In this document: one piece after another, positions 19,401 through 27,695 of the stretch
How positions within the stretch are numbered: position 1 is the first letter of the stretch
Layout of the letters: every line of letters starts with the position of its first letter
Assembly: GCA_005191425.1 (NCBI GenBank)
Contig: SUPR01000041.1
Coordinates: 1 to 28,395 of the forward strand
Direction of reading: 5' to 3'
Length of the DNA: 28,395 bases
DNA from: Candidatus Helarchaeota ASGARD archaeon Hel_GB_B
GTDB lineage: Archaea; Asgardarchaeota; Lokiarchaeia; Helarchaeales; HEL-GB-B
Program-made: the position numbers and the translations under genes
Notes under the pieces: model-generated
What the model was told of the DNA's origin: nothing
The model's database searches: none
The model's input: the letters and a program-made list of their open reading frames with translations, nothing else

Positions 19401-20096
19401 TTAACGCTCTGCTGAATTTCTTGGTTTAGTTAATTTTTCAACGATATTTGGCCAAAATGGCTCTGTAAACTCCCCTTTATAGTTTATTTTTGTCCGTTTT
19501 ATAGTGATACAATCTGATGGGCACGCAGATACACATGCACCACATAAAGCACATTTGTCCTTGTCATATTCAACTTTTTTTGTCTTCATCCAACCTTTTT
19601 CTGGCTTAGGGATTGTAATTGCTTCAGTTGGACACACAACTGCACATGTTGAGCACATGCTAGGGCAGTTGGTCAAGTTTATTTCAAGTTCACCTTCACT
19701 ATATTTTTTAACTTTTGCTTTACTATCCTTCCTATCTATCCATGTAATTTCAATTTCTGGGAGAGCCTTTTCATCGATTAATTGGGTATTTTCTTCTCCA
19801 TTAACGACCACCTTAATTGCTCCAGTTGGGCATAGATATGCACATGTGCCGCAAAAGGAACATTCATTCTGGTCAAATATTACTGGAGATAATGTAGAAG
19901 CATCACCTCTTCTTGTATCACGAAGGCTTGCCCCAACAGGGCCCCTTTTAACAGCATTTTTCGGGCAAACTGTAATACACGTCCCACAACCAACGCATAA
20001 ATCTCTATTATGAATTAATTCAGTATATAATGTTAATAATCGCATTTTAATTCTTTGTTCTTTATTATTAATTGTTCTTGTAAATCCAGGTATCAA
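19401..20096 (-). CDS. fwdF: Polyferredoxin with four [4Fe-4S] motifs, FwdF-like
   Basis: CVGCGTCITVCP, CSFCGTCAYLCP, CPSMCSTCAVVCP, CALCGACVSACP, and the FwdF-like segment RGPVGAS. It has a TTG start with AAGGAGGA upstream and is shorter than methanogen 8-cluster FwdF. Confidence 0.75.
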   Translation of the reverse strand: MIPGFTRTINNKEQRIKMRLLTLYTELIHNRDLCVGCGTCITVCPKNAVKRGPVGASLRDTRRGDASTLSPVIFDQNECSFCGTCAYLCPTGAIKVVVNGEENTQLIDEKALPEIEITWIDRKDSKAKVKKYSEGELEINLTNCPSMCSTCAVVCPTEAITIPKPEKGWMKTKKVEYDKDKCALCGACVSACPSDCITIKRTKINYKGEFTEPFWPNIVEKLTKPRNSAER

Positions 20097-20103
20097 TATT
20101 TAT

Positions 20104-20111
20104 TCCTCCTT
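20104..20111 (-). promoter_or_regulatory. Shine-Dalgarno site of the fwdF-like gene
   Basis: AAGGAGGA on the minus strand, 7 nt upstream of the TTG at 20096. Confidence 0.65.
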
Positions 20112-20120
20112 ATTAATCAA

Positions 20121-20354
20121 TTATTCTTTTAATACAATTTTAATTGCGGATTGCGGGCAACTTTCAACACATAGACCGCATCCTTCACATAATTCTGGTC
20201 GTAATATATTAACCATCCCATTAATTACTTTTAAAATTGTTTTCTCTGGATTTCTGGGCATTTTATCGACTGGGCATGACCTTGCGCAATCTCCACACCC
20301 ATTACACAAGAATGTATTTACTATGGGAATGTATGTATTAATGACCTCATTCAT
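20121..20354 (-). CDS. fwdG: 2x[4Fe-4S] ferredoxin, FwdG-like
   Basis: CNGCGDCARSCP and CEGCGLCVESCP with an LKVINGMV linker; it lies directly upstream of the fwdF-like gene. Confidence 0.72.
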   Translation of the reverse strand: MNEVINTYIPIVNTFLCNGCGDCARSCPVDKMPRNPEKTILKVINGMVNILRPELCEGCGLCVESCPQSAIKIVLKE

Positions 20355-20946
20355 AATATATACCTCAACTTATTACTTATATTTAACACTTTTTGTATGT
20401 ATTTAAATCTACCCGAAAGTAGGAGATATTCAAATAAAAATTGAAATAATAAAGCATATTTTTGAATTTAATGTCTAATATAAAAAATTTTAGATATTAA
20501 TTGTAAATAGTATCCATTGTTTAATGCCTTAAAATTATTAATCTTATTATTTACAAGAAAATTTTATTTTAAAGGTTAATTTTTATCCGATCATTATGAA
20601 TAGACTGGTTCACTCAGGTTGCATTAGTGATATCCATGTTTTCATTTCTATTTTAATTAATAATACTTGAAGTAAAAATCTTTTTCAAGATTTAGACTTG
20701 TTATAAATATCAGCTTAATTCCTCTCAAATCTGTTTTAATTAATTTTTAAATTATCTCTCCACTGACCTATAGTATCACACCTGATTTTTTTCAAATAGG
20801 AATGAACCTTTTAAAAAATGGACATAAAAAGACCAAAATTTTTTTTAAATCTGTTATGAAAATTGATCATAATATCTTATATGGACATTATTCAAAAAAT
20901 AACTATCCTAATCGATAATATAAATAGATAACCGCGGTAATTAATT

Positions 20947-21387
20947 ATGTTAAGAAATATTTATATCTTTTTATCTGATGGAATTTTACTATTTGATTGG
21001 GCTTGGAATGATTTAGGACAAGACCCATTACTTATCAGTGGTTTCTGCTCAGCTTTATGGATGTTTTCAAAACAAATTGGTGGAATCGAATTTCAAATGT
21101 TAAAAACTAAATTATATACTTTTATAGGGACAAGTTCAAAAGAATATCAAATAAAAATTATACTTATTATCGATAATGTAAACGATCTTTCAAAATATGA
21201 AGACTTTTTGGAATCTATAAAAAATGATTTTTGTAAAAAGCACCGAATTGAATTAATTAAAATTAAAAACAAACAAATCCCTGTAAAGCTAAATTATTTT
21301 AAAAATTATTCCATTGATATTAAATTAATAACTGATCAATACTTCCCCGAGATTAATCATAAAAAAGATATTGTCGTATTCTCATAA
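20947..21387 (+). CDS. Stand-alone longin-like domain protein
   Basis: The N-terminal beta hairpin IYIFLSDGILLF is followed by DPLLISGFCSALWMFSKQ and then a beta sheet and helix, the usual Asgard longin pattern. Confidence 0.7.
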   Translation: MLRNIYIFLSDGILLFDWAWNDLGQDPLLISGFCSALWMFSKQIGGIEFQMLKTKLYTFIGTSSKEYQIKIILIIDNVNDLSKYEDFLESIKNDFCKKHRIELIKIKNKQIPVKLNYFKNYSIDIKLITDQYFPEINHKKDIVVFS

Positions 21388-21799
21388 TTAAAAATTAAAA
21401 AAATTTTATTATTTATTTTTAATCTAATTTGATTTTTTAATGTAATTTATTTTTTAAAATGGTTATTTGCTATAAAAATAGAGATTATATTATAGAAAAA
21501 ATATTTCTTAAATATTATTATGGCGTATTATCCTCCAATTTTTATATTACAAATTATATCGGTAAAAAGAATCACAAACTAAAAAATTAAACTGAAAATA
21601 AATTTGATAGAATGGAATTCCTTAAGAGTTTTTAGAAAATTCAATCATAAGGCTTTTAAATGATAAACAATCAACAAAATCCTTTTAAATAATGAAAAGT
21701 AAGTGTTGGTTAACTTGGTACATTCTAATAAATAAATATTTATTATTAGAAGTTGAATATATTAGCTAATTAAATAAAAAATTTCAAAAGGTCAAAAAA

Positions 21800-22486
21800 A
21801 TGTATACGCCATATAAAGTAAAAGAACGTAAAAAACTATGTCCAAGAGATGGTACCCCACTAGTAGAAATGGGAAAAGGTAGTGGGGATGGTAAAGCATA
21901 TTATTATTGTCCTATTTGTCATTATGTTAGACCTATGACACCTGAAGAGCGAAAAACTGGAATTGTTATTTCTGAAGAGCCAGTCGAAGAGCCAGAAGAG
22001 AAAAAATTAACCGTTTCAATTTATCAGATAAGAGATGAACCAATAAAAGTCGATGCATTAGACCCGAAATATGTTTCAATAGTTATTGATAAAGAAAATG
22101 ACTTTTTATGGATATGGAAAGGAAGTCAAAGCACTCCAAGCGCTGCTTACAAAGCAGGGGTTCAAGCAACAAAATTAAAATCATCTGAAAAAATGTATAA
22201 AGCAATGGTACGAATAATAGAAGAAAATAAGGAACCCGGCGATTTTTTAATTTTAGAAATACCTGTTAGAGAAGCAAAAGAAATTGAAGAAAAAGAAGCG
22301 GAGGAAGAAGCCAGGAAGAAGGCGGAGGAAGAAGCCAGGAAGAAGGCGGAGGAAGAAGCCAGGAAGAAGGCGGAGGAAGAAGCCAGGAAGAAAATAGAAG
22401 AGGAAAGTAAAAAAGAAGAAGATTCTCAAAATGAAAAAGTTGAGATCGATAACGATCAAGATCAAAATGAAGAAGAAGTTTGGTAA
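21800..22486 (+). CDS. Zn-ribbon + gelsolin-like domain + E/R/K helix + acidic Trp-terminated tail
   Basis: CPRDG...CPIC (aa 14-40); a gelsolin pattern IYQI..LDPKYVSIVID..LWIWKGSQS..A...A..L..IIEENKEPGDF (aa ~70-152); (AEEEARKK)x4; and the C-terminus DNDQDQNEEEVW. Confidence 0.8.
   Translation: MYTPYKVKERKKLCPRDGTPLVEMGKGSGDGKAYYYCPICHYVRPMTPEERKTGIVISEEPVEEPEEKKLTVSIYQIRDEPIKVDALDPKYVSIVIDKENDFLWIWKGSQSTPSAAYKAGVQATKLKSSEKMYKAMVRIIEENKEPGDFLILEIPVREAKEIEEKEAEEEARKKAEEEARKKAEEEARKKAEEEARKKIEEESKKEEDSQNEKVEIDNDQDQNEEEVW
22298..22393 (+). repeat. 24-bp tandem repeat, 4 copies, in frame (AEEEARKK)
   Basis: The unit GCGGAGGAAGAAGCCAGGAAGAAG starts at 22298, 22322, 22346 and 22370. The copies are identical except for the last base of the fourth. 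Confidence 0.97.
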
Positions 22487-22602
22487 TACGTTTACCCTTT
22501 TTTAAATATAATTTCTTTTTTATTATTTTTAAATAGAAAAAATTAAATGGACTAATATAAATTAAATTAGGTTAAATATCGAAAGTGTGTGTAATTTAAA
22601 AA

Positions 22603-22995
22603 ATGGTATCTAAAATTCCGATATATATCAAGAAATATGTCTGGCTAATTGGACAATTTATTCAAAATGTTTTATTAAAAAAGGAAGGCATTATAAAACC
22701 AGAAATCGAGCAATTAAAAAAGCAATTTCCAAATTTACAGCTTGGTGATTTGATAAATAGGCGGCGAGATTTATTTGGGGTTAATTTTGATTGGGATAAT
22801 TTTATATGCAAAGTTCGATATAAAGGAATCGAATATGATATAACTAAGACCGTAATAGAAATAGTGAGAGAACATACAAATGATGACTGGATAAATTCGA
22901 TCGGTTTTGATACAAGGGGGATTGATATAAATGCAGCTTGTAGAGCAGCTACTAAAAAAATAATTAATAAAATAATTGAAAATGGAATAATGTGA
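22603..22995 (+). CDS. Hypothetical protein, probably co-transcribed with ABCE1
   Basis: 130-aa ORF with protein-like composition whose stop is 4 bp before the ABCE1 ATG. No motif recognised. Confidence 0.75.
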   Translation: MVSKIPIYIKKYVWLIGQFIQNVLLKKEGIIKPEIEQLKKQFPNLQLGDLINRRRDLFGVNFDWDNFICKVRYKGIEYDITKTVIEIVREHTNDDWINSIGFDTRGIDINAACRAATKKIINKIIENGIM

Positions 22996-22999
22996 TTAG

Positions 23000-24802
23000 A
23001 TGCGAGTTGCAGTAATTAATCCTGATTATTGTAAGCCTAAAGACTGTGGTATTACGAAACCTTGTTTGAGATATTGTCCTTTAGTTAGGACCCATACTGA
23101 GGCAATAGTATTTGAAAAAGACATGAAATATCCTAGAATAGTGGAATCTTTATGTACTGGTTGTGGCATATGTATTAAAAAGTGTCCATTTAATGCAATT
23201 TCAATTGTAAATTTACCTGAAGAATTAAAGACTGATGCTGTTCATAGATATGGCCCGGGTTCTGGGTTCGTATTATTTAGATTACCTGTTATTAAACAAG
23301 ATAAAGTTGTGGGTTTAATTGGAGCAAATGGTTCTGGTAAGAGTACCGCAATCAAAATTCTTGCTGGGGAGATCAAACCCAATTTGGGAAATGTAAAAGT
23401 CGAGCCTAGTTGGGACGAGATAATTGATTTTTTTAAGGGTTCTGAATTACAAGGTCATTTTAAAAAATTGTCAAATAAAGAATTAAAAATCGTGTTTAAA
23501 CCCCAATATATAACAAAATTACCGCAAGTTGCCAGGGGAGTAGTAAAAGATTTATTATTAAAAGTTGATGAACGCGGTATTTTTGATGAAATCATTGATG
23601 AATTGAACTTAAAAAGTATTTTAGACAGAAACATAAATCAATTATCTGGTGGAGAACTTCAACGAGTTGCAATAAGTGCTGCTATATTAAGAGATGCTGA
23701 TTTATATATGTTTGACGAGCCAAGTTCTTTTTTAGATATTAATGAACGTATTTCAATGGCAAAGTCAATTCAATCATTGGCAAAAACTGGTAAGACCATT
23801 TTAATTGTCGAACATGACCTTGTAGTTTGTGATTATTTATCTGATTATATTTCAATAATTTATGGTGTTCCGGCTGTATATGGAATTGTATCTCATTTAC
23901 ATGGAGTTAGTAATGGTATTAATCAATATTTAGACGGCTTTATCAGGGACGAGAATGTTAGGATAAGAGATGAACCAATTTTATTTAAAATGAACCCTAC
24001 CGCATTAGAAGGTAGGTCAAGCGATGATATAATTCTAAGTTTTGGCCGAATTGAAAAGCAGTTAGGCAATTTTAAATTTCAATCTGATGGCGGGACAATT
24101 CATAAAGGTGAAATAATTGGGATAGTCGGACGAAATGGACTAGGAAAATCGACTATGATTAAAATTCTAAGTGGAGAGTTAAATCCTGACAATGAGCTGC
24201 TGATAAACAAAAAGATAAAAATTGCTGTAAAACCGCAATACATTGACCCTGATTATAAAGGTACCGTAAGAGAATTTATTAAAGAGAGCGCCAAGAAAAA
24301 GTTTGATACGTCTTTTTATAAATCGGATTATTTAAGGGCATTTGATATAGAAAAAATATTAGACAGAGAACTAAATGAACTGAGTGGCGGGGAATTACAA
24401 AAAGTATATATCGTTAAGACATTATCTGAAGAAGTCGATTTATATCTTTTAGATGAGCCTAGTGCCTATTTAGATAGTCAAGCGAGGCTAACTATAACAA
24501 AACAAATAAAAAGATTAATACAAAATAACAAAAAATGCGCAATGATTGTAGAACACGACATTTTATGCGTAGATTTTTTGAGCGATTTATTGATCGTTTT
24601 TAGTGGAACTCCTGGAATGAATGGGCATGCTTCTCCCCCTATTGACCTTAAAAATGGTATGAACCGATTTTTGAAGGAGGTAGATATCACTTTTAGACGA
24701 GATCAAAATACTGGCCGACCCCGAGTGAATAAAAAAGATTCGGAAATGGACAAAAAACAAAAGGCAATGAATGAATATTATTATATTTCAGTCCATAAGT
24801 GA
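23000..24802 (+). CDS. rli: Ribosome recycling ATPase ABCE1/Rli
   Basis: N-terminal Fe-S domain (CKPKDC..CLRYCP; CTGCGICIKKCPF), GANGSGKST and GRNGLGKST, two LSGGELQ, two DEPS, and the hinge motif TFRRD..TGRPRVNK. Confidence 0.97.
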   Translation: MRVAVINPDYCKPKDCGITKPCLRYCPLVRTHTEAIVFEKDMKYPRIVESLCTGCGICIKKCPFNAISIVNLPEELKTDAVHRYGPGSGFVLFRLPVIKQDKVVGLIGANGSGKSTAIKILAGEIKPNLGNVKVEPSWDEIIDFFKGSELQGHFKKLSNKELKIVFKPQYITKLPQVARGVVKDLLLKVDERGIFDEIIDELNLKSILDRNINQLSGGELQRVAISAAILRDADLYMFDEPSSFLDINERISMAKSIQSLAKTGKTILIVEHDLVVCDYLSDYISIIYGVPAVYGIVSHLHGVSNGINQYLDGFIRDENVRIRDEPILFKMNPTALEGRSSDDIILSFGRIEKQLGNFKFQSDGGTIHKGEIIGIVGRNGLGKSTMIKILSGELNPDNELLINKKIKIAVKPQYIDPDYKGTVREFIKESAKKKFDTSFYKSDYLRAFDIEKILDRELNELSGGELQKVYIVKTLSEEVDLYLLDEPSAYLDSQARLTITKQIKRLIQNNKKCAMIVEHDILCVDFLSDLLIVFSGTPGMNGHASPPIDLKNGMNRFLKEVDITFRRDQNTGRPRVNKKDSEMDKKQKAMNEYYYISVHK

Positions 24803-24808
24803 ATTTAA

Positions 24809-25777
24809 TTGATCAAACATAGATATTACGATTTCGTTTTTTATAATACGAGCTTAATCGCTGGTATCATCGCTCCAAAATTAATTATTAATGGAAATAA
24901 AATAATTATTTTTGAAAAAAATAGAGAATTTGGCATTCCTAGAAGATGTGGCAATTATTTAGATAGAAAATATCTCAAAAAGTTAAATATCAATGAAAAT
25001 TCTTATATGTTCCAAGCAGAATCCCACGAAATGATATTTTTTAATGAAGACAATATTGAAATTGATAAAAAAAATATTGACTTTTTAACAATTGATCCAA
25101 GATTATTTGAAAAATATCTTATTTCAAAATCTTCACAATTTGGTGTTGATATAAAAGCGTTTACAAGAATTTCAGATATTAAAGAAAACGAAAATCGAAT
25201 TAATTCTATTACTGTTAAAAGTTTCAAGTCAAAAAAGGAAATTAATATTAAATACCTAATATCTGACCAGAAAATTGGTCAGGAACTGTATATTAATAAT
25301 AAATCAATAAATAATGAAAAAATATTATCGACTCAATTTGAAATTTATACTCCTGAGCTTACTAATATAGATTATTTTTCTGTTTATAAATTCTATAAAA
25401 ATACAAACGGTATAATTTTAATTTTTCCTGCTTCTACTTCCAATTTTAATGTCTGGATGATAAATTCTCCTGCAAACCTTTCGCTTGGAGCATTTTTGAA
25501 AAATTTCTTAAAAATCAATAATTTTACTGTTTTGTCAATAATTAACCAAGACTTTTTAGTAAACCCTATTGAAATTTACAACAATTACTCAAACCACTAT
25601 ATTATAAATCCCGAAAAAGGATTAATTAATCCTATAAAAGATCATTATCTTATGACCAAAATTGAAATGGGCCTATATATTACCAAATTTTTGCAAAATC
25701 ATACAAACATTGAAGAAAAAGAAGTAATTCAGACATTTAATAAACTTTTAGACAAGTTTCCTACAATTAATATTTAA
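24809..25777 (+). CDS. Degenerate geranylgeranyl-reductase-like protein
   Basis: YDFVFYNTSLIAG...IFEKNREFGIPRRCG matches the GGR N-terminus (YDVVVVGAGPAG...EK..EIG.P.RCG), and IDPRLFEKYL matches LDRK.FDKYL. GxGxxG and the ADG motif are absent. TTG start 6 bp after ABCE1. Confidence 0.6.
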   Translation: MIKHRYYDFVFYNTSLIAGIIAPKLIINGNKIIIFEKNREFGIPRRCGNYLDRKYLKKLNINENSYMFQAESHEMIFFNEDNIEIDKKNIDFLTIDPRLFEKYLISKSSQFGVDIKAFTRISDIKENENRINSITVKSFKSKKEINIKYLISDQKIGQELYINNKSINNEKILSTQFEIYTPELTNIDYFSVYKFYKNTNGIILIFPASTSNFNVWMINSPANLSLGAFLKNFLKINNFTVLSIINQDFLVNPIEIYNNYSNHYIINPEKGLINPIKDHYLMTKIEMGLYITKFLQNHTNIEEKEVIQTFNKLLDKFPTINI

Positions 25778-25790
25778 ATTTATAGTATAC

Positions 25791-25812
25791 GACTTTTTAC
25801 AAAATCTTTTGC
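25791..25812 (+). repeat. Left terminal inverted repeat
   Basis: GACTTTTTACAAAATCTTTTGC matches the reverse complement of 26978-26999 (GAGTTTTTACAAAAACTTTTGC) at 20 of 22 positions. Confidence 0.7.
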
Positions 25813-25860
25813 TTTTATTATTACCAATTTTTTCCTTTTAATTTTTTCGACTTTTTATTA

Positions 25861-26820
25861 TCACCTCCTTTCTATTATATTTAAAACCAACCCCATTATC
25901 CTACCTACCAATTTCTTCCTAAACTTAAGCCTTTCTATTATCTCATCTACCAGCTCTGGATATTCTCTTACCGTGAAATAAAAGTTTAAAATTGATTTCC
26001 AGCGAGTTATACTCCTTTTTCCCTTAAATTTTATATTCGATTTAAGTGTACTAAATTCTTGTCTCACAATGTTCGTTGTAATACACTTTCCTCTAAATTT
26101 AGTGGCTATAACTTCCAGAATCTCAGCCACATTTTTCGGGGACCACCAAGTGTTTTTACATGATTGTCTTTTATATTATAATGATATGCATAAGTTGTAC
26201 ATATTTTAAAATAGTTTTTGGGGCATCTTTTTTTTATTTTTAATTATTATATCCGGATTATTTGTTTTGGCTTTTTTTTCTTATTTTTGGTACCCTTTTT
26301 TCGTCCACGTTTTTTATTACTTGTTAATTTGACTTCTTTTTTTGATATTCTTGTTATAAATGTATTTTCGAACTCTATCTTCGTTTAAAGCCAGCAAGAG
26401 ATACCAAACATGTCCATTAATTTTAATGGACGTTTCGTCGACTAAAAGAATATCACCAGAAATGGGTGTAGCCCATGCAAGCTTTACTTCGACTGAATTA
26501 TTGACAGATATTATTATTTCTTTTACAATAGTAGACGCATATAAATTAGAGCAATTAAAAGTCTGACTGATACGTTTTAAATCAATAGTCCCATTTTTAA
26601 AGAATTTAGTAATAGTATTACTAATTGATGGGATTAAATTTTTGAAAAAAGCACTGGTATGTGCATAGAAAGTCCTCCGGCAACTTTTGTAGGTATATTT
26701 TTAAGGATTGCCATGCACAGATGTATCGCGCCTACCTCGCTTAATACTACGCGAGTCACAATCATCAGGGAATCTTGGACATAAGACCGGGATTTTCAAG
26801 GATGCTATGATATCATTTAA
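25861..26820 (-). pseudogene. DDE transposase pseudogene
   Basis: From 26820 it reads LCPRFPDDC...GNP*KYTYKSCRRTFYAH (Zn-ribbon, TAA at 26701-26703), then ILLVDETSIKINGHVWYLLLALNED (first catalytic Asp at 26437-26439). A shifted frame gives KKRGRKKGTKNKKKK, and ORF 25861..26130 gives ITTNIVRQEFSTLK (region of the third catalytic residue). Confidence 0.8.
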
Positions 26821-26977
26821 TTTATATTATAGGTTGTAATGATATCTTAATTCATAATACATTTCCGAGTTCATCTCATACTATTTTTAGATAATAAAAA
26901 GTAGTTAAATATACAAAAATTTTTTCAAATTTCGCCAAAAAAATAGTTAAATAAAATCACTTATATATTTTTGTCGG

Positions 26978-26999
26978 GCAAAAGTTTTTGTAAAAACTC
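26978..26999 (-). repeat. Right terminal inverted repeat
   Basis: GCAAAAGTTTTTGTAAAAACTC is the inverted partner of 25791-25812. Confidence 0.7.
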
Positions 27000-27695
27000 T
27001 ATAAATCCAAAAAATTAAACTTTTGAAAAATTATCCCAAATTATCGATAATATTTTGGATTAATTTATTACCAATTTTAATATGAATTTGATGATAAAAA
27101 TCAGTAAGATTTTTAAATCATAATTTTATAATTTTATATGTTATTGCATTGGTTTTATTTCATTGGTAATTGGTAAGCAATATCTTTATTGAGATGTTCA
27201 ATGAGATCACTGTTCCATTATTTTATTAATCAAAAATCATAGATTTGATCTCACCTAAAAATTGATTTTGATCCTAATAACTATCTAATTTATCTTCAAT
27301 TCACGTCTAAACTACTATTAACCAAAAAATTTCCAAATAAACACAGGACGTGATTTGACATACTAACTTTATATCTTTATCATTTCATATCATCTATTAA
27401 ATCACAATTAAACACTATCTCAGCATAATGAATTTCATTAAAAATCCTCCTGAAGTGGTACATTGGTGTTAGATAGTGTAAATAATTCATCATTAATTAT
27501 ACATCGATATATTTTAAAACAATTTCAAAAATAAAACACAGTTTCTTAAATTTCATTTGGATTGCACCAACCAAAAATGAAATAAAACCACAACTTTTTT
27601 TAATTCATTTTGATTTCAATTTTATCGCTTTAATCTATTAGAATTGATAAATAAATGTTTTTTATATGTAAATTTCGTCCAATAATGCGATTATT

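Larger units (their letters stand above)
25791..26999 (-). mobile_element. Decayed insertion sequence (DDE, IS6/IS1-like), about 1.2 kb, with terminal inverted repeats
   Basis: It is bounded by 22-bp imperfect inverted repeats and contains Zn-ribbon, VDET and TTNxxxxxF-LK transposase segments broken by stops and frameshifts. The family assignment is tentative. Confidence 0.75.

Noticed and set aside
16467-20013. ORFs 16467..16742, 16746..16967, 16835..17089, 18563..18745 and 19504..20013
   Set aside because: They are antisense shadows of fwdA, the ilvC-like gene and the fwdF-like gene.
20400-20420. Small hairpin CTAC-CCGAAA-GTAG upstream of the fwdG-like gene
   Set aside because: The stem is only 4-5 bp and has no recognisable RNA-family context.
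20580-20820. Slightly less AT-rich patch that might be a decayed gene
   Set aside because: All frames contain several stops, and two different frames look equally protein-like, so no assignment can be supported.
21626-21640. GAGTTTTTAGAAAAT, resembling the IS inverted repeat (13/15)
   Set aside because: It is a short, low-complexity match with no partner repeat or transposase remnant nearby.
22253-25227. Minus-strand ORFs 22253..22465, 24478..24690 and 25003..25227
   Set aside because: They are antisense shadows; the repetitive LLPGFFLR peptide is simply the reverse frame of the 24-bp repeat.
26360-26566. Plus-strand ORF 26360..26566 and the 9-bp inverted repeat GTCCATTAA/TTAATGGAC at 26412-26431
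   Set aside because: The ORF is antisense to the transposase relic. The hairpin lies inside a conserved coding motif and is plausibly chance.
27000-27690. Non-coding stretch before the MBL gene, including a possible degraded ORF and the short palindrome TAATGAA-T-TTCATTA (27426-27440)
   Set aside because: The frames are broken by frequent stops and show no convincing homology. A 7-bp AT-rich dyad is expected by chance.
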